Positions 49,159-61,933 are shown, numbered from the whole stretch's first letter. The stretch: DNA of 63,899 nt, filler included, from Ministeria vibrans ATCC 50519 (GCA_943704425.1; 5 parts of 5 records of this genome joined end to end with filler, not necessarily neighbours in it); one strand, 5' to 3'. Numbers and translations: made by a program. The notes: generated from the letters alone by a model not told the origin.

Positions 49159-50736
49159 TTATTGGTGAATGTGTTTGAAAGTGGACCCTCCTCTGAGCGA
49201 CTGCGGCATTTCGGCCATTAGTCGTTCGTATCGCTCTTTCCATCGCGCAATCTCAGCCCGTTCTGCTTCGACTGATTTCGCATTGAGAAGTTGATTGATT
49301 TGTGTCTCTCGTTCATCCTATAAAAAAATCATAATTAGTGTGAAAATGTGAGTGATTTTGTGTTGACCTTTCGAGTGAGAGCCAATGAGAGAAGTTTCGT
49401 TAAATTTGCAATTTCTCCACTCAATTCCTTTTTTCGTTCTCGTTTCATTTCTTCTTTTGCCACTGAAAGTTCCCCTAAAAGAAAACAAAAAAAAAGCGAA
49501 AAGTTGATTCGAATTTTGCTTTTGTTTTTTGTTTACGATTCATTTTCTTTTGTTTTTCGCAAATTTCTCCAATTTCCAAAATGATTTTCTCTCTCTCACA
49601 ATCTTGAGAAAACTACAGAGAAAAAAAAAGTTATAATTATTATTACTATCTTTTTCTTACGGTCCACAAACGAAATTGGTTTCTCAGTTGAGTCTCATTT
49701 TCGCTCAAATGGTCCACATTTCGACTGTGCATTTGGTCTGTTTCGTCCAATGTTTTGCCAATTCGCTCTTTTTGATCATTTTCTCTACAAAATTAATTAG
49801 AAGAAGAAGAACACATTTCCAATTAATTAATATTAATATCCTACTCAAAAACAGTCACAAAATCAGTCTCTCTCACTCAATTTGTCTCTTCTCACTCAAT
49901 CAGTCTCTTCTCACTCAATCAGTCTCTTCTCGCTCAATCAGTCTCTTCTCACTCAATCAGTCTCTTCTCACTCAATCAGTCTCTTCTCGCTCAATCAGTC
50001 TCTCTCACTCAATCAGTCTCTTCTCACTCAATCAGTCTCTTTTCACTCAATCAGTCTCTCTCACTCAATCAGTCTCTCTCACTCAATCAATCTCCTCACT
50101 CAATCAGTCTCTCTCACTCAATCAATCTCCTCACTCAATCAGTCTCTCTCACTCAATCAATCTCCTCACTCAATCAGTCTCTCTCACTCAATCAGTCTCT
50201 TCTCACTCAATCAGTCTCTTCTCACTCAATCAGTCTCTTCTCACTCAATCAGTCTCTCTCACTCAATCAATCTCCTCACTCAATCAGTCTCTCTCACTCA
50301 ATCAATCTCCTCACTCAATCAGTCTCTTCTCACCCAATCAATCTCCTCACTCAATCAGTCTCTCTCACTCAATCAATCTCCTCACTCAATCAGTCTCTCT
50401 CACTCAATCAATCTCCTCAATCAATCTCACTCAAACACAAATACACTCCTCCCCCAACCCAATCACGTACAAGCGCCTCTGTTGAGCCACCGCACACTCC
50501 ATGCGCTCCTCATAGTCCCTCCGCTCCCCTTCCAGCACCCGATCCCTCCGCTCCCGTTCCCCTTTCATGCGCGCATAGAACAGCTGATGCTCCACTGCTG
50601 CGTCTGCTTGCGACTCCACAATCAACTGACGTGCCTCTGCCCCATCGCGCAGGTCTGTGCTTTCCAGTGCGCTCTCCAGACGCGTTTGGGCGTTTGTGGC
50701 GTTGATGGATTCGAGTGCGAGTGCGTCAGAGTGCAT
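49159..50736 (-). CDS. Coiled-coil hypothetical protein, 5 exons; 5' end abuts the telomeric array
   Basis: The ORF at 50736 continues through GT-AG introns into E/K/R-rich exons (ENDQKERIGKTLDE.., FSQDCEREKIILEI.., ELSVAKEEMKRERKK.., DERETQINQLL..HIHQ*). Confidence 0.6.
49852..50432 (+). repeat. Degenerate 15-19 bp tandem array (TCTCACTCAATCAGTCTCT variants) inside an intron
   Basis: Directly visible; roughly 30 units. Confidence 0.9.
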
Positions 50737-50750
50737 TTGCGATTGAATGT

Positions 50751-50854
50751 GGTTAGGGTTAGGGTTAGGGTTAGGGTTAGGGTTAGGGTTAGGGTTAGGG
50801 TTAGGGTTAGGGTTAGGGTTAGGGTTAGGGTTAGGGTTAGGGTTAGGGTTAGGG
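50751..50854 (+). repeat. Telomeric repeat (TTAGGG)x17 at contig end
   Basis: Perfect array with the G-rich strand running 5'->3' toward the contig end, as expected for a true telomere. Confidence 0.85.
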
Positions 50855-50954
50855 NNNNNNNNNNNNNNNNNNNNNNNNNNNNNNNNNNNNNNNNNNNNTT
50901 AATTAATTAANNNNNNNNNNNNNNNNNNNNNNNNNNNNNNNNNNNNNNNNNNNN
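50855..50954. other. Artificial contig spacer
   Basis: N-TTAATTAATTAA-N linker. Confidence 0.95.
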
Positions 50955-51159
<205 letters not shown>

Positions 51160-51197
51160 AATAATCATTACGAAGAAAAACGCACATAATATCATAC

Positions 51198-52187
51198 TGA
51201 GTTTTCAAGCCCCAATCAGTCGGTCTCAAATTCGCAGTGTGAACCACCACTCTCATTCCTAAAGGAAACGCCAACGCCTCTTTTAGGATGGAAACTCGTC
51301 TTTTCCAAATGGATACACTCACTCACCCGCAAGCACATCAACACACTTGAAAAAACACAAACACCCAAATACGAAGCACACGCTCAAAAAGCACATCCCA
51401 ATAATCACACACAATCGAAGTACACAATACACACAAACTTATTAATAAATACTTGTACCTTGCGAGAAGAACAAGAGCATCATTTTGGTGTGATGTGTTC
51501 CGAACATGGGGAGTGTCGGTGGGGCGTGGAAGGTCGTGGGCCACTCACGGGCAACCGCCCTTGAAAATCCGTTGTACTGCGGCAACGAAAGACAGAGAGA
51601 ATAGAACTTCAGACAGGGCATACAGAAGAATTCAATTTGAACTCCAGTCCAAGTCGTAAAAGGAAAGATATGTTGCCCTTGCGATGATATGATACGATGT
51701 GCAACCTCTCGAGAGTGTTGTTTCCTCTCATCATTAAGAAATGCCCACAAAGGCCAACGATCAATCAGGCACGCCGTCTTACCGTGTGGGCATCGTGCAC
51801 CACAAACAAAGTCGGCGTCCCCTTCCGACCCGCTCGCTCAAGCTCACTCTTGAACCATTCGGGATTCAAGAGATAGTTGAACTGCACCATCTTTTTGGCG
51901 TCGAGGTGCGCATCGAGCGACAGCAAGTCACACAACGACACTGCTCCCACGTTGGACGAGTCGGGGAGACCTCGAATATGCGACAAATGAAACGCTTGTG
52001 GCGTTGGAGTCGCCGGCAGTGGCGACGCGACGCGTTCGCGTTTGCGTTGTCGCTCCACCTCTTCCTCTGCGTCCAGCTCCGCCTGAAGTTGCCGTGCAAA
52101 CGCCTCGTCGTCATCTATACAATCACAACCATCAACGTCCACGACGTCAGCATCGGACAGAGCACCGCACTCTCGAGCGCGCTTCAT
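51198..52187 (-). CDS. TDP1: Tyrosyl-DNA phosphodiesterase 1, 3'-truncated at gap
   Basis: 'VSLCDLL..MVQFNYL', first HKN motif 'FGTHHTKMMLL..GMRVVVHTANL..DW..KTQ'; N-terminal ubiquitin-binding-like 'DEAFARQLQAE'. Confidence 0.92.
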
Positions 52188-52205
52188 AAATAAGAATGAA
52201 GATTG

Positions 52206-52247
<42 letters not shown>

Positions 52248-52257
52248 TTGATCATTA

Positions 52258-52358
<101 letters not shown>

Positions 52359-52477
52359 GCTAGTCTAAAATCTCAATGGTATATGCTGGCAACATCTCCT
52401 CTTCTTCGTTTAAATGATAATAATTATGATGTTTATTTTAATACACTAATATTAATATTAATTTACACTCTTCCGCT

Positions 52478-54143
52478 CTATACGTCGTCTTCGAGTAAGC
52501 ACCGCTTCTCCTCGTCGACCGGGCGCTTGCTTTTGTCATCGTCAGCGCCCCGTTCCTTCTCCACATAACACACATACTGATGCTGCTGTTGCGGTTGCTG
52601 CTGCTTTTCAGCTTCCTGGTCATAATCAATGTGGGCCACTGGACCACTGAGCAGAGTTGTCGATTCGTCCGGCACACCAAGCACATCACTATTGCCATCG
52701 AGCACAACACTGTTCTGACGTGACAGTGTCACGCGCTCCTCGTCACTAATCGTCTCACGCACCCGGCCCACCAGAAAGGCCCCAACAAGAGTAATGACAA
52801 CTCCCACAGGAAAAACGGCAGCCTGCACAGTCGTCATCGAAGCCGTCTCGTCAAAGTACACAAGCCCACCAACAATGCCAAAAATGGACCAGAAGGCAAA
52901 GTACAGCGGTACAACAATGACCACATCGTACGTCGTCAGCGCCACATTCATCCAGTACACACCGCTCACCGCAAAGAAGCACAACATCAGCAAAATGGCA
53001 TAAGTGCTCCCATACACAAACTGGTTGTTCCCCTGAAATGTCTCCTGCAACAAAAGTGATCCACTCTTGGCAAACAGAAGCGTCAGACTTCCCAGCAAAC
53101 CCGCAAGCAGACAGCACAGGTACGACACCGCAATGTGCCCGCGGTGCTTTCTATCAAAGTAACAGAAAAGAACGAACGAGGGAGAAGACGGAAGTGAGAA
53201 AGAAAGCCAAAGTGAGAGGGAGAGAGTATAAGTAAGTGTGGTGTTGAGAGAAAACGAGTGGATGAAGAACAAAAAAGAAGAAAAAGAAGAAAAAACGTAC
53301 ACACACACACAATTAATGGCACAAGAAAAACAAATCAAGAAGCAGACTCATTGAAAGAAATCGTATAATATTGGGGAAATAGATGAAGCAACGTGAAGAT
53401 AGTAAGAAACCTCAGTCGTCGGCCTTCTCGAAAACAGAAAAACATACTGATGAAACATACACACAAAACTTTCATGGGAAAAACGTACTTTCTCAAGTAC
53501 ACAATGGTAAGGAAACTCAACACAATCAGCGCAGAGACCGCTGTCATGTACCCAATCACCGCGGGTGCCTTGTAGCGCGCAAGCAGCTCCTGAAGGTCCC
53601 ATTTGGGGTCGTCGCGCTGCACCAACGAAGACAAACAGCGACAGAGAGAGAGTGTTAGTGAGCGCCCTTTGACATGCGCTGCGTTCCGTACCGAGCCAAA
53701 TCCCACGCACAGCGAAACTCCCGCAAGGAGTACAATGACTGCAACTATATCTTTGAAAGTCAACGGCTCCTGCAAAAAGCAGCGGCTGAGCATGAGAAAG
53801 AGAGAACATCGTGTTTTATATAATAATTTTTGGATGTCACCTTGAGGAGGAAGTGTGCAAAGAAGACGTTTGACACCAGGCCCACGCCGCCCAGGGGCGC
53901 TAGCACGCTCTGCGGGCCGTACCCATACCCAACCAGGTCGCACACGTTCGACGCGATGAAGATCGCCATGCCTCCAAGCCAGAGTGGTCGACGAAGGGGA
54001 TTTTTTCGCCTCTCTTCGGGCAGACGACTGTTTCTCAAGTGCGACAGCTTCATCATGTTGAGGGCCGCATTGAGAATCACAGACGACACAAAGACGATCA
54101 GAACTCCAATCCACCACTCCGAGCGGTCATCGGGGTCGGCCAT
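52478..54143 (-). CDS. NIPA-like magnesium transporter
   Basis: 'PLWLGGM..YGYGPQSVLAPLGGVGLVSN.FFAHFLLKE', 'WMNVALTTYDVVIVVPLYF..FGIVGGLVYFDE'. Confidence 0.88.
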
Positions 54144-54476
54144 GTCGATCTCGAGAAAAATGAAGTGTTCTGACTAAGATCATCAGCTCTCGATTCTCTA
54201 TTTATTTTCCTCAAGGTCAGATCTCATAATACAGTTTTGTTTTTGCCATCGAGTACAACTCTCGATTCTCTATTTACATTTATTAATTTTGCCTGTTTCT
54301 TTGTTGTCTTCTATCAATTCAGTGTACAATTGTGTATATACCCCCCATCACTTTTCCCCATCGATCATTTGACTATGTTTTTCGGTAAGAGACAAGGAAG
54401 AGATGTTCTTGCTCTACACCCATGACACGCTCTCGAATACAAAATAATAACACACACCAACTCACTTTGGCTCGGC

Positions 54477-55514
54477 TCATTCAAAGGCCCAGGACGTCAC
54501 GCCGATTGCGTCATTTGTAATGCTCCACAAATGCGCACCGAGCTCCGGATCGGTTGATTCCGCTTCACGGAACATTGGCATCTCGACCGGAGGGCCACGC
54601 ATGGAACCGAAGCGACTTGGCCCGAAAAATTTGTGTTTCGACGCGCTCATCGGGTCTTCAGCGGGCAACAGGCCAGCACCAACGGATGCCAGCTGGGGTG
54701 TGGTCCCCATGGTGAGGTTTTGCGAAAATACCGCATTGAGAAAGCGAATAAGCATGTTTTCGCCGGACACCAGGGACGTGCTGGTCCAGCCAGGATGCGA
54801 ACCGACGGCGCGCACATGCGAAATGCCTGCAGCATCAAGTCGACGCTGCAGTTCCGCGGTGAACACAAGATTGGCTGCCTTTGAGCGTCCGTACGCCGGC
54901 CACTGGGACAGGCCGTCGTCGGTGTCCGGGACGAGGCCTGGAGGCGCAAGAGAAGTGGCCGCCGCCGAGGAGCACGACGAGATCACAGCGCGGTTGGGTG
55001 CAGCGAGCAGCAGTGGCATAAGAGCTGCAGTCAGGCACACAGGACCAAGGTGGTTGGTACCCCACATCATATCAAAGCCGTCGGCCGTCGTCGAGCCCAT
55101 CGGCACATTCACGCCGGCATTGTTCACGAGAATATCCAAGTGCGTGTGACTCTGTGCGAACGCAGCAGCAAACGCACGCACTGACGCCAGGCTCGCCAGA
55201 TCCATTTCCATAATAGTCAAGCGTGCTTTCAGATCAGGCACCCGCTCGCCCCACTGCGCGACAAGCTCATCCAGCACCGCCTGCGCCTTGGACGGGTTCC
55301 TGACCGCAAACACAACTTCGTCGCATCCACGCAGCGCAAGCCACTTCGCTGTCTCCGCACCCAGGCCACTCGATGCACCGGTCACCACTGCAATGCGTCC
55401 CACCAGCGACGGGAGGAGAGGCCGCACGGCCGCCACAGGATGCTCGATGAGCACGCGATCATTCACGATCGTTTCCCCGTCTTTGCGCTTGTTGAACTTT
55501 TCACAGGATGGCAT
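54477..55514 (-). CDS. Short-chain dehydrogenase/reductase (retinol dehydrogenase-like), intronless
   Basis: TGASSGLG, DLASLASV, NNAG, NHLG, YGRSK, HPG motifs. Confidence 0.92.
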   Translation of the reverse strand: MPSCEKFNKRKDGETIVNDRVLIEHPVAAVRPLLPSLVGRIAVVTGASSGLGAETAKWLALRGCDEVVFAVRNPSKAQAVLDELVAQWGERVPDLKARLTIMEMDLASLASVRAFAAAFAQSHTHLDILVNNAGVNVPMGSTTADGFDMMWGTNHLGPVCLTAALMPLLLAAPNRAVISSCSSAAATSLAPPGLVPDTDDGLSQWPAYGRSKAANLVFTAELQRRLDAAGISHVRAVGSHPGWTSTSLVSGENMLIRFLNAVFSQNLTMGTTPQLASVGAGLLPAEDPMSASKHKFFGPSRFGSMRGPPVEMPMFREAESTDPELGAHLWSITNDAIGVTSWAFE

Positions 55515-56242
55515 GCTCAGGGTAGGTGACTTTGGTTATGTGTATCAATGTTTCAACTTGAAAGGATGCTGTTGCGTTGCGTAGACAATTCTGACAACGA
55601 AAAAAAAGAGTGAATTCAACTGAATGAATAAATAAAATTAACCAAAAAGCGCCGCAATGGTACACTGGGGACTTCCCGGGGACTGCCGTGTACAGGGTCT
55701 ACCTGTGGTTCCGTGCATTCTTCTCATAGCCTCATGGGGGTATCAGTGGGTCTATGGGCTTCTTTCGGGACATTCTCGGTGCATTCTCGTCTTGAAGTCT
55801 TTGGCGAGTAATTTCAAACAGTTTCAATTTTTATTTTTTTCTCCTCTCAGTATCAAGAAGACATACTTAAACAACTTATTTACGTATGACTACAACCAAT
55901 CGCCAGGTTGTTGCGGGTAACACAAGCCAACATCAAAATGGGGTTCTTTTCAGAAGAATCCTCCCCAAAGTGGCATCTTTTCAAGCCCACCATCAACTGT
56001 GTCACATCACTCACTTGTTGTTCAAGACTCAAGAGATTCGGTTCTCTTGTCAATCTCTGTCTGCCTATTTTTCTTTTCCATCTTTCCTTCTGTCCCCCCC
56101 CCACCCCCCNNNNNNNNNNCCCCCCCTCCCTCTACCCCGCCAAACTTCTATACTCTGGTCTAGTATCATGTAATCCAGTTTTAGCTTCAGGTCGCGCGCA
56201 CAACGGAAGCGCACCAACAAACATTTGTGTGTTTTGCTCACC

Positions 56243-56256
56243 GTTGCTATGGCACC
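56243..56256. promoter_or_regulatory. Candidate RFX X-box (GTTGCTATGGCACC) upstream of SPAG6
   Basis: 13/14 match to GTTGCYATGGCAAC, about 140 bp before the first recognisable SPAG6 exon. Confidence 0.4.
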
Positions 56257-56394
56257 GCCATTTTTTCTAAAGACCAATCTCCTCATGTTTGTCGTGCAGT
56301 CTAGTCTAACCTGACGTGTTCGTCAGCCTTTGGATGTCCCCGTCTATCTTGTTTTCCTCACCTTTCTATTCGTTTTCTTCTCTTTCTTCTCCAG

Positions 56395-56818
56395 CCTTTG
56401 AGACATTTCAAAAAGCCCGAGTTTCTTTTGTCCAGACTGTTGCCGATCTGGCGTCTCGTCCCCAGAATGCAGAGGTACAAATTCGTGTACATTCTACACT
56501 TCTAGGCGCGCTACTCTAGCGCTGCACTTGTGCTCATGATCACAACATGTTTGATAATTTGCAGGCACTGGTGAGTGCCGGTGTGATGGAGCAACTTCGC
56601 CCTCTACTCCTCGACAGCGTTCCCACCGTCCAGCAGACCGCCGCCATTGCGCTTGGTTAGAATACAACGCGTCTGCATCGCACTCTCTTGCTTAATCTTT
56701 GTTTGTGTTGTCGTAGGGCGTCTCGCAAACTACACGGACGATCTTGCAGAAATGATTGTGAGCTGTGGTACTATTAATTATTATGATTATTTTTTTTGGA
56801 TTATTATTATTATTATTG

Positions 56819-56892
<74 letters not shown>

Positions 56893-58568
56893 ATTATATA
56901 AATAATTATATTGTTTTGTAGATATTTTACCTCAACTGGTGTACTCGCTCGCGGAACAGAACCGTTTCTACAAGAAGGGTAACCCATCACATGATACGCA
57001 CAACACTCTTTCAATTCTCAACGTAATGGTTCTTTCTGCATCAGCGGCCGCATTTGTTCTGCGGGCCGTCGCCAAACATTCGCCTCCTTTGGCCCAGGCA
57101 GTCGTTGACTGTGGTGCTCTTGACGTACGTTCACAAACGTGTTCAAAATGGATAATTTCGAAGAAATAGAACTGAATAATTGCATAGGCGCTGGTCGGGT
57201 GTCTCGGTGACTTTGACAGCGGTGTGAAGGAAGCGGGGGCCTGGGCCTTGGGTTATGTTGCACGCCACAACGAGCACCTTGCGCACGCCGTTGCGCAAGT
57301 AAGAATTGTTACAATTAGAATTATTTACTCCTTTCTCTCTCTTTCTCTCTTTTAATTTTACTCGTTCTCTCTCCTAATTTCACTCCTTCCCTCTTCTAAT
57401 TTCACACACTCTCTCTCCTAAATTCTCCTTCCTCTCCTTCACTTTGCCGCTTCATCTCTCCTATATCATCAGTTTGTCTCTCTCTCTCTATCACAATGCC
57501 TCTTTCTTTCTCCCACTTCTCACTCCTCCCTTCTCTTTATCTCTTTGTGTATTATTTTGCTTCTCCTTTGGCCATTTCATCGTTTATGTCACTCACTGCC
57601 GATCACGTTTTTTTTTCTGACAGGCGGGTGCCATTCCTTTGCTTGTCCTGTGTCTTCAAGAGCCCGAACTAACCCTGAAGCGCATTGCTGCTTCGGCGCT
57701 TAGCGACATTGCGAAGCACTCGGCGGAGCTCGCTCATTTGGTGGTGGACAGTCGTAAGAACTTTGGCTTTTTTTTATCATAATTGTCGTTAATCGCTCTT
57801 ATATTAATTTGTTTTGCGTGCATCTGTGCCTGTGGTGCAATAATTAGAGTCGATTGGGCGACTGAGTCCGCTTATGCGCAGTCCCGACGAAAAGCTCAAG
57901 CGACAGGTGTGTAGTGCACTTTCACAGATTGCAAAACACTCGGTGGATCTCGCTGAGTTGGTCGTAGAAGGAGAGGTGACTACACTAGTACTTGCGCGCG
58001 CATGTCTGTGTGTGCGTGGTGTGTAAAGCTCACTCATGTTTCTTGGGTATTTGAACATATTTATGTAGGTGTTTCCCACTGTACTTAAGTGCTTGAAAGA
58101 CAATGACTCGTATGTCCAGAAGAACAGTGCATCGCTTGTGCGTGAGATTGCCAAACACACGCCTGAGTTGGCACAGCTCGTCGTCAACTCAGGCGGAGTG
58201 GGTGCGCTCGTGGCCTATGCCCATGAGACCTCTGGCGCTGTCCGCCTTCCCGTAAGATACACGACACCTACATAGCCATGCGAACTATTATAATTTCAGA
58301 TGGTGTGATACGTACAAACGTGTTTTGATATGAGTGTGAGAATAAGTGATGAGTATGCCATAGCAATTGCGCATGCGCCTGCGTACGATCATAATTTGGG
58401 AATGATCACCTTATTACTTGCTGCTTATGATACTCAATTATTATGCCTTTAATCTATTGAGTTTTAGGCAATTATGGCTTTGGGCTACATTGGGTCATTT
58501 AGTGAGCATTTGGCCATGGTAAAACACTCGATCTACGTGCAATGTCTGTGAATGATAATATTAATAAC

Positions 58569-58641
<73 letters not shown>

Positions 58642-60009
58642 TTATTATTATTTATATTTTTATTTTTCTTCTTATTATTTTTCTTCAATGTTACTTTTGT
58701 TAGGCTGTGATTGTGAGCAAAGGAGTTTCGCCAGTAACAAACACTATTAATTGAAACGAATAACAATAACATTGATACTTTGATACTATTACGATATTTT
58801 GTTGTAGTTGTGCAGTGCGATGAAGGAGGAAAAGGAGGACCATGTGCGGGCAGCAGCAGCTTGGGCACTGGGACAAATCGGGAGACACAGTCCTGAACAT
58901 GCACAGTACTGCATTCATTGTACTTTTGCGTGATTGGTTGATTAATTGGGAGACATGCTCCTAAACACACACCGGCCCTATGCTTGTTGTCGTTGTGTGT
59001 TTGACTGATAAACATCACTGATTAGGGTGAGAATTTTCTCTCATTTTGTACTCTTTTCTTTTCCAGTGCGGTCTGTGAGGAAAACGCACTTCCCGTTCTT
59101 CTCGCGTGCCTCGATCAGTCGTCAAATCCTTCTGATGATCTCCAGACCAAATCCAAAAGAGCTCTCAAAGTATTCCAAAAAACACACTCATAAAAACAAA
59201 ACGACCAAACTGTACCAAATCCGTCTCATACAAACACTGATTGATATAGTGCATTATTGAAAAGTGTGCCGACGTGGCGCCACTCGAGCCTCTTTTGGCA
59301 AACTCTCCTCCTCTCATTCTCAACCTTGTCATTGCTCAATATGCAAAGGTATTTAATATGAGTTTCGTATTCACTCAGGATCAGATGTAGCAGCAATTAG
59401 TACTCATTTTCCCGTTCTATCTCTATCTCTGTCCCTCTATTTATCTTTCCATCTCTCTGTATTTGTTTAGGTTCTTCCCAATGACGTCAAAGCGAGACGT
59501 TCATTTGTCAAATCCGGTGGTCTCAAACGCGTTCAGGTCAGAAACTGAGCAACACCTCTCTCTCTCACACACACGTAATTATTATTGACTGTTTTTGTTC
59601 TGTTCTTATTCATTATAGGAATTAAAGACTGAAATTGGATCAGACTTATCTGACTACATTCAAACAATTAACGGGTAACAACGAAAATAATAATCATTAC
59701 TATCACTCATACAGAAAACCCTCGTGATTGCGAATAAATTGAAGAAAAAGAAGAAGAAGACATTTCCAAAATGATCACTGTATATAATTTATAATAATAA
59801 AATATAATTATTATTAATATTTTTATTTCGTTCAGGTGCTTTCCGGAAGAAATTGTGCGCTATTACTCCCCCGATTACTCTGTACGAAAAATAACAATGC
59901 TTTCTTCCCACTTTCCCCCTTGTGACAACTGCTTTCTCTTTTCCCTGTTTTGTTTTTTTAGGCTTCTTTGATGGAAAGAATCGATTCATACGATCCAGTG
60001 ATAACATAA
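56395..60009 (+). CDS. SPAG6: SPAG6/PF16 central-pair armadillo-repeat protein, many introns; start exon not resolved
   Basis: 'FETFQKARVSFVQTVADLASRPQN', 'LGRLANY..DLAE', 'SLAEQNRFYKKAAAFVLRAVAKHSP', 'REIAKHTPELAQLVVNSGG', 'FPEEIVRYYSP'. Confidence 0.96.
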
Positions 60010-60075
60010 ACACCAAAAAAAAATAAAAAAATGAAAGAAATCGAAACTTCTTTTTATGATTGTGATTTATCATGT

Positions 60076-61307
60076 TTATTGAGCAGAGAAGGTCTGACGT
60101 TCCACCAATCGCCTAAACGCACCAGCTTCGTGTTGCATGAGCTGATGGTATGAGCCGCGTTCGACAATACGGGTGTCACCCAGGACAGCAATAGAGTCGG
60201 CGGTACGAATAGTGCTCAGACGGTGTGCGATAGTGATGACGGTGCGCCCTTTCATCAGACTGCAGAAGATGTGAGAGGGGGGCGGGAGACGGTCAGTTGT
60301 ATGTATACATGTACCATATATATATTAGAATTAGAGGAGTCAGTTGGGTGTGTGTGATTAATGAGAAGAACACAGTTGAGCTGATGTGTGGAGTTGAGCA
60401 TATAATAGTAATAATTTGGGGGCTACAACGCTGGTCTTACCGTTCGAGTGCTTCGTGAACAAGTGCCTCCGACTCTACAATAACACAACAATTCAACTCA
60501 CTTCTCTCCATCCCTAACAATTTATATTTACCTGCGTCGAGTTGCGATGTCGCCTCGTCCAAAATGAGAATCTTGGGATCTTTGAGAAGAGCGCGCGCAA
60601 TGGCAACGCGCTGGCGCTGACCGCCGGAAAGAAGCAGGCCACGGTCACCCACAAGCGTATCCATGCCTTCGGGAAGCGACCGGATGAACTCGAGAGCATT
60701 CGCACGCTCTGCGACCATCTCAATGGTCTCCTCGGTTGCACGTGTGGGGTCTGCGTAGGCAATGTTGTCGCGGATGGTGCCGCTAAAGAGCACTGGTTCC
60801 TGCGAAACAATCGCAATGTTGGAGCGCAGCCAATGGGGTGACAGCGACCGGATGTCACGGCCGTCAATGAGCACACGGCCTTCGTGGACGTCGTAAAAAC
60901 GCAGAAGGAGTTGTGCCAGAGTCGACTTGCCAGAGCCACTGACGAAAGAACAAAGAACAACAAAACAAATCGTAAAGATGAGAAAGTGATAAGGAGAAAA
61001 CAAATCGTAAAGATGAGAAAGTGATAAGGAGGGGAGGACAACTTTAGATGTTATGTACCTGCTCCCGACAAGAGCACTGACTTCACCGGGTGCGACATGC
61101 AGATCAAACTTGCTGAAGACTGCAGCATCCGGGCGCATGGGGTAGGCAAAAGAAATGTTCTCAAAGGTAATGTCGCCCTTGAACTCGTTGACGGGGATGA
61201 GCTGGTCAGCGGGGATCAGTCCGCCCGTCGGAGTGTGAAAGAGGCCATTCTGAATGGTCGGGATGCTGCTCAAAAACTCCCACAGCTTCGCAGACGCACC
61301 AGCGCCC
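60076..61307 (-). CDS. ABCB half-transporter nucleotide-binding domain (ABCB10/Mdl1-like), 5'-truncated
   Basis: 'FAYPMRPD', Walker A split by an intron (GS|SGSGKST), VSQEPVLF, LSGGQRQRVAIARA, ILDEATS, IAHRLSTI. Confidence 0.9.
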
Positions 61308-61346
61308 TTTTGCAGGATTAAAAGACAAGAGACAGAGACAGAGACA

Positions 61347-61483
61347 ATGAGTGTAGTGCGTGGGTGAATTTGAAACGACAGTGAGTGTAGTGCGTGGGTG
61401 AATTTGAAACGACAGTGAGTGTAGTGCGTGGGTGGATTTTAAACGACAGTGAGTGTAGTGCGTGGGTGAATTTGAAACGACAG
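61347..61483 (+). repeat. 34-bp tandem repeat x4 (GTGAGTGTAGTGCGTGGGTGAATTTGAAACGACA), intronic, at contig end
   Basis: Directly visible. Confidence 0.9.
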
Positions 61484-61583
61484 NNNNNNNNNNNNNNNNN
61501 NNNNNNNNNNNNNNNNNNNNNNNNNNNTTAATTAATTAANNNNNNNNNNNNNNNNNNNNNNNNNNNNNNNNNNNNNNNNNNNN
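61484..61583. other. Artificial contig spacer
   Basis: N-TTAATTAATTAA-N linker. Confidence 0.95.
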
Positions 61584-61933
61584 GCTCGCTGAGCGTATCC
61601 GCATGTATACCGTGTTTTGCCGCCGCGCTATGTGTACTTAACGTAGGTATTTCTTTGCAAATCCGCGTGTGACGCAGCGCATACAGCTTGATACAAGCGC
61701 GATCGCGCCGCGCACAACCCGGCTTGTGTGTGCCATACGCACGATTGCACGCAAGGGCCTCCATTAAGCATAAGTCTCTCGTTTCGTTGCACCGGTGTGA
61801 GTTTGTTACAGGAGAATGTATTCTTTGAAAAAGTACAAGAGGAGAAGGAAAAGGGGGAGGATAAGAAAAGAAACAAAGTGGTAGAGGGAGAAACAAAAGC
61901 AAGTGATCGAGAGGGAACAAACAAAAAAATTGA

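Noticed and set aside
49676-50910. Long plus-strand ORFs (269 and 342 aa) of SLTQS/RV repeats
   Set aside because: Translations of the minisatellite and telomeric repeat; the real gene is on the minus strand.
61347-61483. 34-bp repeats (and the 29-bp repeats at 39532) of CRISPR-like length
   Set aside because: Head-to-tail with no unique spacers, no cas genes, eukaryotic context.
61584-61768. Possible last exons of a plus-strand gene (…YFFANPRVTQRIQLD…KGLH*)
   Set aside because: Too short and truncated by the gap to assign.
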